DNA from: an uncultured Micavibrio sp.
GTDB taxonomy: Bacteria > Pseudomonadota > Alphaproteobacteria > Micavibrionales > UBA2020
DNA: 64,000 nucleotides
NCBI GenBank assembly: GCA_964551435.1
Contig: CAZKBS010000001.1
Location: 79,565 to 143,564, forward strand
Reading direction: 5' to 3'
In this document: one piece after another, positions 19,606-28,244 of the stretch
Layout: the number at the start of each line of letters is the position of its first letter
Numbering within the stretch: the stretch's first letter is position 1
Notes under the pieces: model-generated
The model's input: only the letters and a program-made list of their open reading frames with translations
The model's database searches: none
Told to the model about the DNA's origin: nothing
Made by a program: the position numbers and the translations under genes

Positions 19606-21045
19606 TCAATCGGCGTAGGGGTTGCGGCTGGTCTTGATAATTAGACGCACCGGTGTTGCGGGCATATTGAAATCGCGGCGCAGGCCGTTGATGAGATAAC
19701 GCTGGTGCGTCTCCGGATAATCGTCGGGGCGCGATACCCATATCGCGAATGTCGGCGGGCGGGCCTTGATCTGCGTCATGTAGCGCAGCCGGTTCTGGCG
19801 GCCATTGACCAGCGGTGCGGGGTTTTGCGATTCCATCATGCGCAGCCAACGGTTGAGCTTGCCGGTGCCGATGCGGTGGTTCCACAGGTTATAAACATCC
19901 AGTACGGCCTGCATGACCTTTTCGACGCGCTGGCCCTTGATGGCCGACACGGTCACGATGGGAATATCCCGCACTTGCGCCAGCTGGGTCGACAGCTGGT
20001 GTTTCAGCTCTTCCAGTGTCGCTTCTTTTTCCTTGACCAGATCCCACTTGTTGACGACGACGACCATAGCGCGTCCCTCGTCCACGATGTGGCCGGCAAT
20101 GGTCAAATCCTGTTTTTCAAACAGGGTTTCACCGTCAATCACCATCACCACAACCTGCGCCAGACGAATGGCGCGCAGCGTGTCTTCGACCGCCATGCGC
20201 TCGATGTAGTTCACAACCTTCGCCTTGCGGCGCAGACCTGCCGTATCGACAAGGCGCAGCTGACGTCCGCCAAATTCCCAATCCACATGGATGGCGTCGC
20301 GGGTGATGCCCGCTTCGGGGCCGGTCATGGCGCGCTCTTCGCCCAAAATGGCGTTGAGCAGCGTCGATTTGCCGACGTTGGGGCGCCCTGCAATCGCGAT
20401 TTTAATCGGCTTGCTGAGATCCTCGGCCGGAACCTCTTCGTCACCAAAACCGGTTTCGTCGCCTTCGTGATATTTCTGGAACAGAACCTCGATGTCTTCT
20501 TCGGGCTCTTCGGCGTTCAGTGCGGCAAAGCGCGCGGCTTTGGCTTCGGCTTCTTCGACTTTGGGCTTCAAAATCTCGTAAAGCTCTTCCATGCCAAGGC
20601 CGTGTTCGGCGGAAATGGCAATCGGCTCGCCAAGGCCGAGTTCGTAGGCCTCATACAAACCCTCCGCGCCGCTGCGGCTTTCGCATTTATTGACGACAAG
20701 GGCGCTCGGAATATTCTGACGGCGCAGCCAGTCGGCAAAGTGCCTGTCCATCGGCGTGATGCCGGTACGTGCATCGACCACCAGCAGCGCCATGTCAGCC
20801 CGCGCAAGCGCGCGTTCGGTCTGTTGGCGCATGCGCCCCTGGATGGAGCTGTCAAAACTTTCTTCGAGACCCGCCGTATCGATGACGCGGAAACTGAGAC
20901 CCATCAGATGGGCATCCGCTTCGCGCCAGTCACGTGTCAGGCCGGGGGTGTCGTGCACCAGCGCCAGCTTTTTACCCGCCAGCCGGTTGAACAGCGTCGA
21001 TTTGCCGACGTTGGGGCGGCCGATGATGGCGAGGGAAAAAGTCAT
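19606..21045 (-). CDS. der: Ribosome-associated GTPase Der (EngA)
   Basis: Two GTPase domains (IIGRPNVGKSTLFN and IAGRPNVGKSTLLN) and a KH-like C-terminus. Confidence 0.95.
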   Translation of the reverse strand: MTFSLAIIGRPNVGKSTLFNRLAGKKLALVHDTPGLTRDWREADAHLMGLSFRVIDTAGLEESFDSSIQGRMRQQTERALARADMALLVVDARTGITPMDRHFADWLRRQNIPSALVVNKCESRSGAEGLYEAYELGLGEPIAISAEHGLGMEELYEILKPKVEEAEAKAARFAALNAEEPEEDIEVLFQKYHEGDETGFGDEEVPAEDLSKPIKIAIAGRPNVGKSTLLNAILGEERAMTGPEAGITRDAIHVDWEFGGRQLRLVDTAGLRRKAKVVNYIERMAVEDTLRAIRLAQVVVMVIDGETLFEKQDLTIAGHIVDEGRAMVVVVNKWDLVKEKEATLEELKHQLSTQLAQVRDIPIVTVSAIKGQRVEKVMQAVLDVYNLWNHRIGTGKLNRWLRMMESQNPAPLVNGRQNRLRYMTQIKARPPTFAIWVSRPDDYPETHQRYLINGLRRDFNMPATPVRLIIKTSRNPYAD

Positions 21046-21096
21046 GGTGCAGGTATATCCGTTTCTATTGTTATCAGCGCGGCGCGCTTTTTATTG

Positions 21097-22443
21097 TCAG
21101 CGCCACGCGCTGAGGGTGCCGTTTTGCGACAACACGATCATCGTGCCACCCGCCACCACCGGCGCCATCAGCGTTTCGCCGGGCAAACGGTGGGTTGCCA
21201 GCACGCTGCCGTCCAGCGGGCTCAGCACCAGCATGTCGCGGTTGCTGCCTGTCACAATCAGATGATCGCTCGCAAGGATCGGGCCGGCCCAGACCACGGG
21301 CTCGCTGTGTTTTTTGTCGGCCCAGCGCGGCAAATCGGCAACCCAGCGCACTTCGCCGGTCGCACGTTTGAGCGCGACGACCTGCTGTTCGGTACTGATG
21401 CTGAAAACCGTATCGCCCGCCACCCACGGCATTTCGGAGCTGCCCAGTTCACGCTGCCAGCGGCGCTGGCCCGTGACCTGATCCAGCGCCACCATGCGGC
21501 CGCTGTAGCTGACGGCGAAAACCATACCGCGGTCGATGACCGGCAGGCCGCGCACATCGGCAATCGCCGACAGCGCGCCGCCACGGCGCACCGCAGACAG
21601 GTTATCCTGCCACACGACCTGTCCGTTTTCAGGACGCAGGCCAAATAATTCACCCGAAGAAAGCGGCAGCACGACCAGCGTTTCATCCGCCGCGACAGAC
21701 GCGGAACCGAGCAGGTTCGTCGCCTCGCTGACGCCGGCGTATTGCCAAATCAGCTTGCCATCGGCGGCGCCATAAACCATCAGACGGTTATCGAGGGTCA
21801 CCAGATACACGCGGCCATCCATGACCGTCGGGGCGCTGCGCGCAGGCGCGGGCAGAACCGCGCGCCAGATATCGCCGCCCGTTGCGGGGTCAACCGCCAT
21901 CAGGTGTTTGTATCCCGCCGTCACATAAAGCTTGCCTTCATGCCACGCAAGACCGCCGCCGACAGCGCCGCTTTTCCCCTCGCCGCGCGGCACCACGGAC
22001 TGGCGCCACTGGCGTTTGCCGTTTTCAAGCGCGAAGGCGCTGAGGTTGCCTTCGGTATCCAGCGTATAAACGCGGTCTTCCGCGACGACCGGAATGGCCG
22101 TCAGGGGCGTGCGTTTATCGCCGCCGGCACCGATTGACTCGCTCCAGACTTTTTTGAAGGTCGGCGAAAGCGCGACATGTGTCATCGCATGGTTGGGATA
22201 TCCGCCCACCTGCGGCCAGAATTTATTTTCCCAGATTTCGGGCAGGGCGATATCTTCCGCCTCCAGCGCCGGATTGGGCACAAGGTCTTTTTGCAGTTGC
22301 AAAATCGACAGGCGTTCGCCGGGCAGCGGCGGGTCTTTGTCGCTGCCGAAGATTTTTTCCGCGTTTTCGCAGCCGCTCAGCAGCAGCGCGCAGGCGAGCA
22401 CACAGGCCAGCCCCGCAGGGGAAGAAGCGCCGCGCCGTTTCAT
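21097..22443 (-). CDS. bamB: Outer-membrane assembly lipoprotein BamB (PQQ-like beta-propeller)
   Basis: Lipobox LLLSGC. Repeated propeller blades. Conserved yfgM-bamB-der order. Confidence 0.75.
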   Translation of the reverse strand: MKRRGASSPAGLACVLACALLLSGCENAEKIFGSDKDPPLPGERLSILQLQKDLVPNPALEAEDIALPEIWENKFWPQVGGYPNHAMTHVALSPTFKKVWSESIGAGGDKRTPLTAIPVVAEDRVYTLDTEGNLSAFALENGKRQWRQSVVPRGEGKSGAVGGGLAWHEGKLYVTAGYKHLMAVDPATGGDIWRAVLPAPARSAPTVMDGRVYLVTLDNRLMVYGAADGKLIWQYAGVSEATNLLGSASVAADETLVVLPLSSGELFGLRPENGQVVWQDNLSAVRRGGALSAIADVRGLPVIDRGMVFAVSYSGRMVALDQVTGQRRWQRELGSSEMPWVAGDTVFSISTEQQVVALKRATGEVRWVADLPRWADKKHSEPVVWAGPILASDHLIVTGSNRDMLVLSPLDGSVLATHRLPGETLMAPVVAGGTMIVLSQNGTLSAWR

Positions 22444-23090
22444 CCGCGCCCCGCTTCACCGGTGGATTGCATGTAAAGGCCGCGCAGCGTGGTCGCGCGC
22501 GCGCGCACTTCGTCGGGCGCATCGGTGCTGCCGGTAATAACGCCGAGGGTATCGACGGCTTCTTTCATTTTGTTTTCACGCGCAAACAGCAGCGCCTCCA
22601 TTTCCAGCGCAGAATAACGCCAAACGCTTTTGGGGCCCGTCAGCGGTTTCAGCGCCGCATGCAGTTTTAGCGCATCGCCCGTGTCAAGACGGTGGCTGAC
22701 CGCCAGCAGCGCCGCCAGATCACGGTAAACGCCATCAAGGCCGCGCGTCGCGGCGATGCCGTCGTAAACCGCAGCGGCCTGTTCGCCTTCGCCTTTTTGC
22801 GCGTGAATGGCCGCCGTCACAAAACCTGCGAGGGCGCTATGCGTGCCGCGGCCTTCGCCCGCCAGTTTTTTGAGCGCCGCTTCGTCCGCTGCATCCATGG
22901 CGTTGAACAGTTCGTACGTCGCCTGCGCATCGCGGTTAAGCGTATGCTGGCGCCAGTAGCTGAGCGCGGCGGTCATCACAATCGCCAGAATGATGCCGCC
23001 GACGATCCAGGCGCGGTTTTCAATCCATAACGCCTTGAGACGTTCTTCGCGCATATCATCCTGAATTTGCCTCATTACATCGTCGGACAT
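22440..23090 (-). CDS. YfgM-like membrane-anchored TPR protein
   Basis: N-terminal TM (AWIVGGIILAIVMTAALSYW) followed by a helical-repeat domain. Sits upstream of bamB. Start moved to ATG 23090 with aggaag RBS. Confidence 0.6.
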   Translation of the reverse strand: MSDDVMRQIQDDMREERLKALWIENRAWIVGGIILAIVMTAALSYWRQHTLNRDAQATYELFNAMDAADEAALKKLAGEGRGTHSALAGFVTAAIHAQKGEGEQAAAVYDGIAATRGLDGVYRDLAALLAVSHRLDTGDALKLHAALKPLTGPKSVWRYSALEMEALLFARENKMKEAVDTLGVITGSTDAPDEVRARATTLRGLYMQSTGEAGRG

Positions 23091-23329
23091 CGGGGCTTCC
23101 TGTCTGTTTGTTCTCATATCTTTGAAATGCCGCCCTAAAATTGGCCCAAAGACCCCGCCGGGTCAAGGAAAACCCCGCCCCGGCCGCGCTTAAAACCACC
23201 TTTAAAATTGACATAACGCGGGGTTGACGCCCCCAAAGACGGATGATATGACGGAAAGCATTCTTTCAACAGCTTTGAACACCCCACGCGGCGCCCGAAG
23301 GCGGCGCGTCCCGTACAGGAGCGATATTC

Positions 23330-23920
23330 ATGCCCTCTTTCCGCGACATTTTCCGCCGCGCCAGCGAATCCGAAAAAGCGCAAAAGCGTATGGAAGCCGC
23401 CAATAAAACAAACCTGCGCGGCACCAACGAGCTTTTCCGCGCGATTGAACGCGGCGCGCACAGCGACGTGGTTAAACTGATCGAGGACGGCGCCGATATC
23501 CACGCACGCAGCAAATCGCAAAGCATCTTGTCCAACATGATGTTCCGCGTGCCCTATGCCGCGGGCTCGACGCCGCTGCATGCGGCGGCGCTGCTGGGGC
23601 ATTTCAATATTGCCGATACGCTGTTGCGCCACGGCGCCGACCCGAATGTCCGCAACAACGAAGGCCACACCGCGCTTGATTACGCGCTGATGAGCCACGC
23701 GTGGTTCGAGGATAACCTTGCCAAAAAGCAACAATCCAGCATCACGCTGGCGCGCTTTGTCAGCGCGGCCGCCGATAAGGTCAATATCTATCAGCGGACC
23801 ATCACCCTGCTGCTCGCGCGCAACGGCAAACCCGGCCTGCTGGAGCTGCCGGAGCGGTTCAAAGAAATGATCCCCGCCAAACGCCGCAAAGCCCCACAGG
23901 AAGACGGCCCCGGGCTTTAA
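23330..23920 (+). CDS. Ankyrin-repeat protein
   Basis: GSTPLHAAALLGHFNIADTLLRHGADPNVRNNEGHTALDYAL. aggag RBS. Tail AKRRKAPQEDGPGL. Confidence 0.85.
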   Translation: MPSFRDIFRRASESEKAQKRMEAANKTNLRGTNELFRAIERGAHSDVVKLIEDGADIHARSKSQSILSNMMFRVPYAAGSTPLHAAALLGHFNIADTLLRHGADPNVRNNEGHTALDYALMSHAWFEDNLAKKQQSSITLARFVSAAADKVNIYQRTITLLLARNGKPGLLELPERFKEMIPAKRRKAPQEDGPGL

Positions 23921-23936
23921 GCCTTTTCAAAAAATA

Positions 23937-24434
23937 TCAGGAACAGCCCGGCCCGCGTGGCGGACGGGGACGCAGGCGAAATGCATCTGCACCGCCAGCG
24001 GCATCTATGTGCGCCTCGAGCGCCGCGCGCGCAACTGCATCAAAAGCGGACTGCGCGGTGGTTGTTTCCTCGCCGGTCTCTTCTGCGGCGGTGCCGGATA
24101 TCGGGGCTTCGGGCGTCAGGTCGTCTTCATCATGGCGACGCGCGCCGCAGCTGCGCAAGTATTCGGCAATTTGCGGATGGTCTTCGGCAATCGCGGTATC
24201 CAGCGGAAAATCACCCACGCGGTCGGCGACGTTGAGCTTCGCCCCGCCGCCCACCAGCACCTTGACCATCAAAAGATCGCCCTGAATGACCGCTTCGTGC
24301 AGCGGGGTGATATCGGGGCGGTCTGCCGCGACGTTCGGGCTTTCACCCGCTGACAACCGCGCCCGCACGGCGCTGACGCTGCCCGATTGCACGGACTTGA
24401 GAAAGGCCTGTTCCTGTGCGCTGAGTCGTGACAT
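23937..24434 (-). CDS. Ankyrin-repeat protein
   Basis: ITPLHEAVIQGDLLMVKVLVGGGAKLNVADRVGDFPLDTAI. Tail FRLRPRPPRGPGCS. Confidence 0.85.
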   Translation of the reverse strand: MSRLSAQEQAFLKSVQSGSVSAVRARLSAGESPNVAADRPDITPLHEAVIQGDLLMVKVLVGGGAKLNVADRVGDFPLDTAIAEDHPQIAEYLRSCGARRHDEDDLTPEAPISGTAAEETGEETTTAQSAFDAVARAALEAHIDAAGGADAFRLRPRPPRGPGCS

Positions 24435-24439
24435 GGCGG

Positions 24440-25213
24440 TTACGGCTGCGGCGGTTTTTTGCCGCCGGTTTTGGGCGGACGTGTGCCAAGACGGAAATCC
24501 GGCTGCACATAGGATTCAAGCTGCGCGCGATGCGCGGCGGCCATGAAGGCATCCACATCATGCGCGGCGGCATAATCTTTGGGCAGGGCATCCCACAGTT
24601 TGCGGAACTCATCGGGTGCGTCTTTCCAGACATCGACATCCATCAAAAGCGGCAGCTGGCCCTGCTGGCAAATCTTCAAAATCGTGCTGTCACCATCGGC
24701 ACCGCGCGCAGTCAGATCGCCTGCGGTAAGTTTATCGGGCGTGCCGGCCGCCGCGCGTGCCAGCGTCATGACAGCGGCAAGCCCGCCGCGACTGACCGCA
24801 TGGTGAAACTGGTCACTGAGGTTTTCAAAACTGGCCCGGCGCATATCGGCAAGAGAGCCAAACGGCAGCGCGGTTTCCGCACGCACCGCAGAGACCGCCA
24901 GCGCGGCAAGGCGATAGGCGGCGGCATCATGGCCCATCGCGCGGGCCAGCTGTTCGGGCGTACGGCCATCGGCGTCATAGGATACGGCAGGCACGCCGCG
25001 CGCCACAAAGGCGGTAATCGTTTCCGTCTCGCCCCACAGCGCCGCAAAATGCGTCAGGCTGCGGCCCGCTTCATCCGTCCAGCGCGGGTCAAGACCGGCA
25101 TCCAGCGCCGCCAGCAAATCTGCGCCGCGGCGCGCATCGATCATATCGGCGATATTTTCGTCGCTAAAACGCGGCGCGGGTGGCGTTGTTTTCGGGGGCT
25201 GTTTGCGGGCCAT
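24440..25213 (-). CDS. Ankyrin-repeat protein
   Basis: GRSLTHFAALWGETETITAFVARGVPAVSYDADGRTPEQLA. Tail FRLGTRPPKTGGKKPPQP. Confidence 0.75.
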   Translation of the reverse strand: MARKQPPKTTPPAPRFSDENIADMIDARRGADLLAALDAGLDPRWTDEAGRSLTHFAALWGETETITAFVARGVPAVSYDADGRTPEQLARAMGHDAAAYRLAALAVSAVRAETALPFGSLADMRRASFENLSDQFHHAVSRGGLAAVMTLARAAAGTPDKLTAGDLTARGADGDSTILKICQQGQLPLLMDVDVWKDAPDEFRKLWDALPKDYAAAHDVDAFMAAAHRAQLESYVQPDFRLGTRPPKTGGKKPPQP

Positions 25214-25261
25214 GTTATTTCATCCTGCTGCGCGCGCGTTTTACAGCGCACCGGTTGTTTT

Positions 25262-26497
25262 TTAAGTCGTGCCCGGACCGCGCGGTTTGCGCGGGCGGGG
25301 CTTGAGGCGGATATCGTCCGCCTGTTCGTCGGCACGGCGGTTCAGCTCTTCGCGCTGGTATTTATAAATATCGCGCACGGCCGCGTCGAAATCGACCTGC
25401 ACCTTGGCGCGCGGGTCCGCATCGATATAGGGGCGCAGCGCCAACATTTCATCCAGCCGGTCGCGCCAGACCACTGCGGTAAACAGCGACGACAGCCGGC
25501 GGCTGGCGATGAAGGCTTCAAGCAGCGTTTCACCGCCATAATAATCGCTGCGTTTCAGCAAATCCGCGCGGGTCAAACCGCCCTTGCTGCGCGCTATCGC
25601 ATCCATCACGAAATCTATCTTGCCCATGCGCACAAGGAAATGCAGCGCCGTCGTTTTGCCATCGAGGCCGATGGGCACATAGGCGCGCAGATCGGTAATC
25701 GTGAGCTCTTCGGGGCGGCGGCTGAACAGCGTGCGCGCGCCCTTGGCATCCAGCGTTTTATAAATCTCGTGCCAGGCGGTGCCGAGCAAATCCTTGGCCC
25801 CTACCCACCACAGCATATCAAGCGACGTTTCGCCGCGTCCGCTTACGGCATGCACATCCGCGCCCGCCGCCAGAAGCGCGTTGACCTTGCCGGTATCGCA
25901 GCGTGCAATCGCCAGATGCAAGGCGGAGTAGCGCGCGCGCCCTTCGGTATTTTCAATCGCATTGGCATCCGCGCCAAGGCGCAGGGCGCGCTCCACCTCT
26001 TCGGTCGTGCCTTTATGGATGGCGCGCATCAGGACCTTGTCGATGCGCGTCTGGTAATTGCTGACCAGCACTTCGTCGGGCAGGTAGCGCGGGTCGTTGC
26101 CGATCAGCTGGAAATTCGCTCCCGCATCGGACAGCAGCCGGATACCCAGCGTGAAATGGTTGCGATAAGCAGCATCGAGCGCGCTGGCGCCGTCGTTGTC
26201 GGTATCCGACAGTTCGGCGTCATATTCGATCAGCAGCTTCAAAAGCGCGGCATCGCCCCGCTCCACCGCTGCATGCACGGGCGGCAAACCGCCCGGCAGG
26301 ACGCGGTCAGGGCAGGCGCCCGCTTTCAGCGCCGCTTCAATTTCCGCATGGTCGATGACGCCGCGTTTCATCGCGGCAAGAAAACGGTTATCCGCCGCTT
26401 CCTGCGCCGCCGTTTTCACAGCATCAGCCACCGTACTGCAAAGAAGCTTTTGCAGCGGCTGGTCGTCGTCGATGTCACGCGGCTGGCGGGGGGACAC
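25262..26497 (-). CDS. Ankyrin-repeat protein (multi-repeat, 411 aa)
   Basis: LPPVHAAVERGDAALLKLLIEYDAELSDTDNDGASALD and YSALHLAIARCDTGKVNALLAAGADVHAVSGRGETSLD. Tail IRLKPRPRKPRGPGTT. Confidence 0.85.
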   Translation of the reverse strand: MSPRQPRDIDDDQPLQKLLCSTVADAVKTAAQEAADNRFLAAMKRGVIDHAEIEAALKAGACPDRVLPGGLPPVHAAVERGDAALLKLLIEYDAELSDTDNDGASALDAAYRNHFTLGIRLLSDAGANFQLIGNDPRYLPDEVLVSNYQTRIDKVLMRAIHKGTTEEVERALRLGADANAIENTEGRARYSALHLAIARCDTGKVNALLAAGADVHAVSGRGETSLDMLWWVGAKDLLGTAWHEIYKTLDAKGARTLFSRRPEELTITDLRAYVPIGLDGKTTALHFLVRMGKIDFVMDAIARSKGGLTRADLLKRSDYYGGETLLEAFIASRRLSSLFTAVVWRDRLDEMLALRPYIDADPRAKVQVDFDAAVRDIYKYQREELNRRADEQADDIRLKPRPRKPRGPGTT

Positions 26498-26720
26498 GCG
26501 GCCTATCCTTTCGCGGAATTATGTATTCATGGAAGGTAGTTTTTTACCATAGGCGCAGGGGGCGGGTAAACCCGAAATCACCCGAAAAACAGCATTGAAA
26601 CCCCCGCAGCGCAGCATCAGCAGCTTCGCTTTGCGATGGCGGTTTTGCTTGACGAATCTTGAATTTCCGTATTATTTTCATTTATACTCAAAAAGAGCAC
26701 AAATGAAAAGGAGGCGCCCC

Positions 26721-26969
26721 ATGTCCAAACCCGCCCGCGATTTCAGCAAAACCGCCTGCGTTCGGGAAACCCGCGCGCTTTGCAAAGTCATGGAGGCGCT
26801 CGCGGCCCTCGATGCCGACGGCCGCGCTTTCGTCCTTGGGACGGCAGCGGCGCGGCTAGGCGTACGGATCACCGCACCCGGCCCCGAAAAGCCTGCGAAA
26901 AAAGCCGTTGATAAAACCCACTGGTTCAGCGACACGCAGCCCTTCGGCCCGCGCAACGTTGATTGCTGA
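26721..26969 (+). CDS. Small hypothetical protein
   Basis: ATG at 26721 preceded by aaaaggagg. 82 aa. No family recognised. Confidence 0.4.
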   Translation: MSKPARDFSKTACVRETRALCKVMEALAALDADGRAFVLGTAAARLGVRITAPGPEKPAKKAVDKTHWFSDTQPFGPRNVDC

Positions 26970-27063
26970 AGCTGCGCGGGAATAAGGCCGCAATTTGCTT
27001 TATTTCCGCGCCGCCGCGCCCTAAAATGCCCCCGAGTTCAAAGAGACGCGCCAAATACGGGGG

Positions 27064-27396
27064 ATGCTCCGCGCCGATATGCTGCTTTACTTCAGGAACA
27101 AATTCGCGGGCAAGCCGACATTCAGCCAAGGGGAGCTTAGTCTCATCCTCGGCGTCTACGGCGAGCGCGTGAAGCGGGGCGAGTGGCGCGATTACGCCAT
27201 TGACTGCCTGCCGAATATGGCGGTGTTTTCGATTTTCCGGTCGTCGCGCGAAAACCCTATTTACTCCATCGCCAAAATTCCACCGCGCAGTTTTCTGAAA
27301 CAGGCGGAATATGTGGTCTATGAAGGGGGCAAGACCCTTCGTCAAAGCGCATCTCTGCGCGAAGTTCTGGAAGTGTTCGAGGATAAAAAGGCATGA
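27064..27396 (+). CDS. DUF2794-family protein
   Basis: FSQGELSLILGVYGERVKRGEWRDYAID, as recalled for alphaproteobacterial DUF2794. The true start may differ. Confidence 0.6.
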   Translation: MLRADMLLYFRNKFAGKPTFSQGELSLILGVYGERVKRGEWRDYAIDCLPNMAVFSIFRSSRENPIYSIAKIPPRSFLKQAEYVVYEGGKTLRQSASLREVLEVFEDKKA

Positions 27397-28190
27397 CGTT
27401 TTTTTCTTTGCGCCGCACATACCCGTTTCTGGCCGTATCGGTACTGGCGCTAGGTTTAACCCTCCCCGCCGCCGCGCAGGCTGCGGAGCAGATCAAATAC
27501 CTGTCCGACCCCGTCTACGAAAAAATGGCGCCGGAAGATCCGCACCCTATGGAAGATCTGGTGCTGATGGGCGAGGAAGGCGATGCGCGCGCGCAGTTCA
27601 TCCTTGGCGATTTGTATGGCAAGGGCAAGGGCGGGCTGCCGCGTAATATCAAAAAATCCCGCGAATGGTTTGAAAAAAGCGCGCGCCGAGGGTATGCGCA
27701 AAGCTTCATTCGTCTGGCGGCTCTCGAAAAGCGGGTCAAAAAGCCGGAAGATGCGTATAAATGGTACACGCTGGCCATCGATGCCTTGCCATCGGGCGAG
27801 CGTAAATGGGCGCAAACCGCGCGCGATGCGCTGGTCAAGGAACACAGCCTGACAGCTGCGCAAATCAAATCGGCGAAAGCCGCCGCGAGCGCATGGAAAA
27901 AGGCCGCCGCCGATGCCGCGGAAGCCGCCAAGAAAAAAGCCGCCGAAGAAAAAAAGCAGGACAAGAAAACCGACGCAAACATCATGACCGACGCGCTGCT
28001 GGTTGAACCCGCCGCCGGCGAAAGCAGCGAAGCGCCAGCCCCTGCCGCCATGCGCGCCGATGCAACACCCGCGGCAGAAACACTCCCCGCAGCCGATATT
28101 GCAGCCGCCCCCGATGCCGCCAGCACGCCGGCAGCCGAAGCCGCGCCCGCCGCAGCGCCCGCCACTGCTGCGGAAACGCCGGCCCCCTGA
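27393..28190 (+). CDS. Secreted Sel1-repeat protein with an Ala/Pro-rich tail
   Basis: Signal peptide (LALGLTLPAAAQA). Sel1 unit DARAQFILGDLYGKGKGGLPRNIKKSREWFEKSARRGYAQSF. Low-complexity C-terminal third. Confidence 0.7.
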   Translation: MTFFSLRRTYPFLAVSVLALGLTLPAAAQAAEQIKYLSDPVYEKMAPEDPHPMEDLVLMGEEGDARAQFILGDLYGKGKGGLPRNIKKSREWFEKSARRGYAQSFIRLAALEKRVKKPEDAYKWYTLAIDALPSGERKWAQTARDALVKEHSLTAAQIKSAKAAASAWKKAAADAAEAAKKKAAEEKKQDKKTDANIMTDALLVEPAAGESSEAPAPAAMRADATPAAETLPAADIAAAPDAASTPAAEAAPAAAPATAAETPAP

Positions 28191-28244
28191 TTTTACCGCT
28201 TCAATTCCACCAAGACACCATCTGCAAACCCAAGGAGAGATGAC

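Noticed and set aside
19705-21648. 647-aa plus-strand ORF spanning the der and bamB region
   Set aside because: It is a shadow ORF antisense to two genes with unmistakable homology (Der G-domains and the BamB propeller). Its translation is an Arg/Gly/His/Ala-rich low-complexity sequence typical of GC-rich antisense frames.
24428-26539. 703-aa plus-strand ORF across the ankyrin cluster
   Set aside because: It is antisense to two ORFs that contain clear ankyrin repeats. Its composition is Arg/Ala/Gly-dominated with no motifs. It crosses the intergenic gap only because the GC-rich sequence lacks stop codons.
26595-26720. N-terminal extensions given by the ORF track. Examples: the TTG start at 26595; 2254; 5349; 6942-7043; 12774-12839; 35911-36048; 43539-43664; 45439-45558; 61139-61225; 62707-62895.
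   Set aside because: In each case an internal ATG preceded by a good Shine-Dalgarno sequence, a signal peptide or lipobox beginning at that Met, or an ATGA overlap with the upstream gene makes the shorter form more plausible. The extensions are Arg/Cys-rich and overlap terminators or neighbouring genes.
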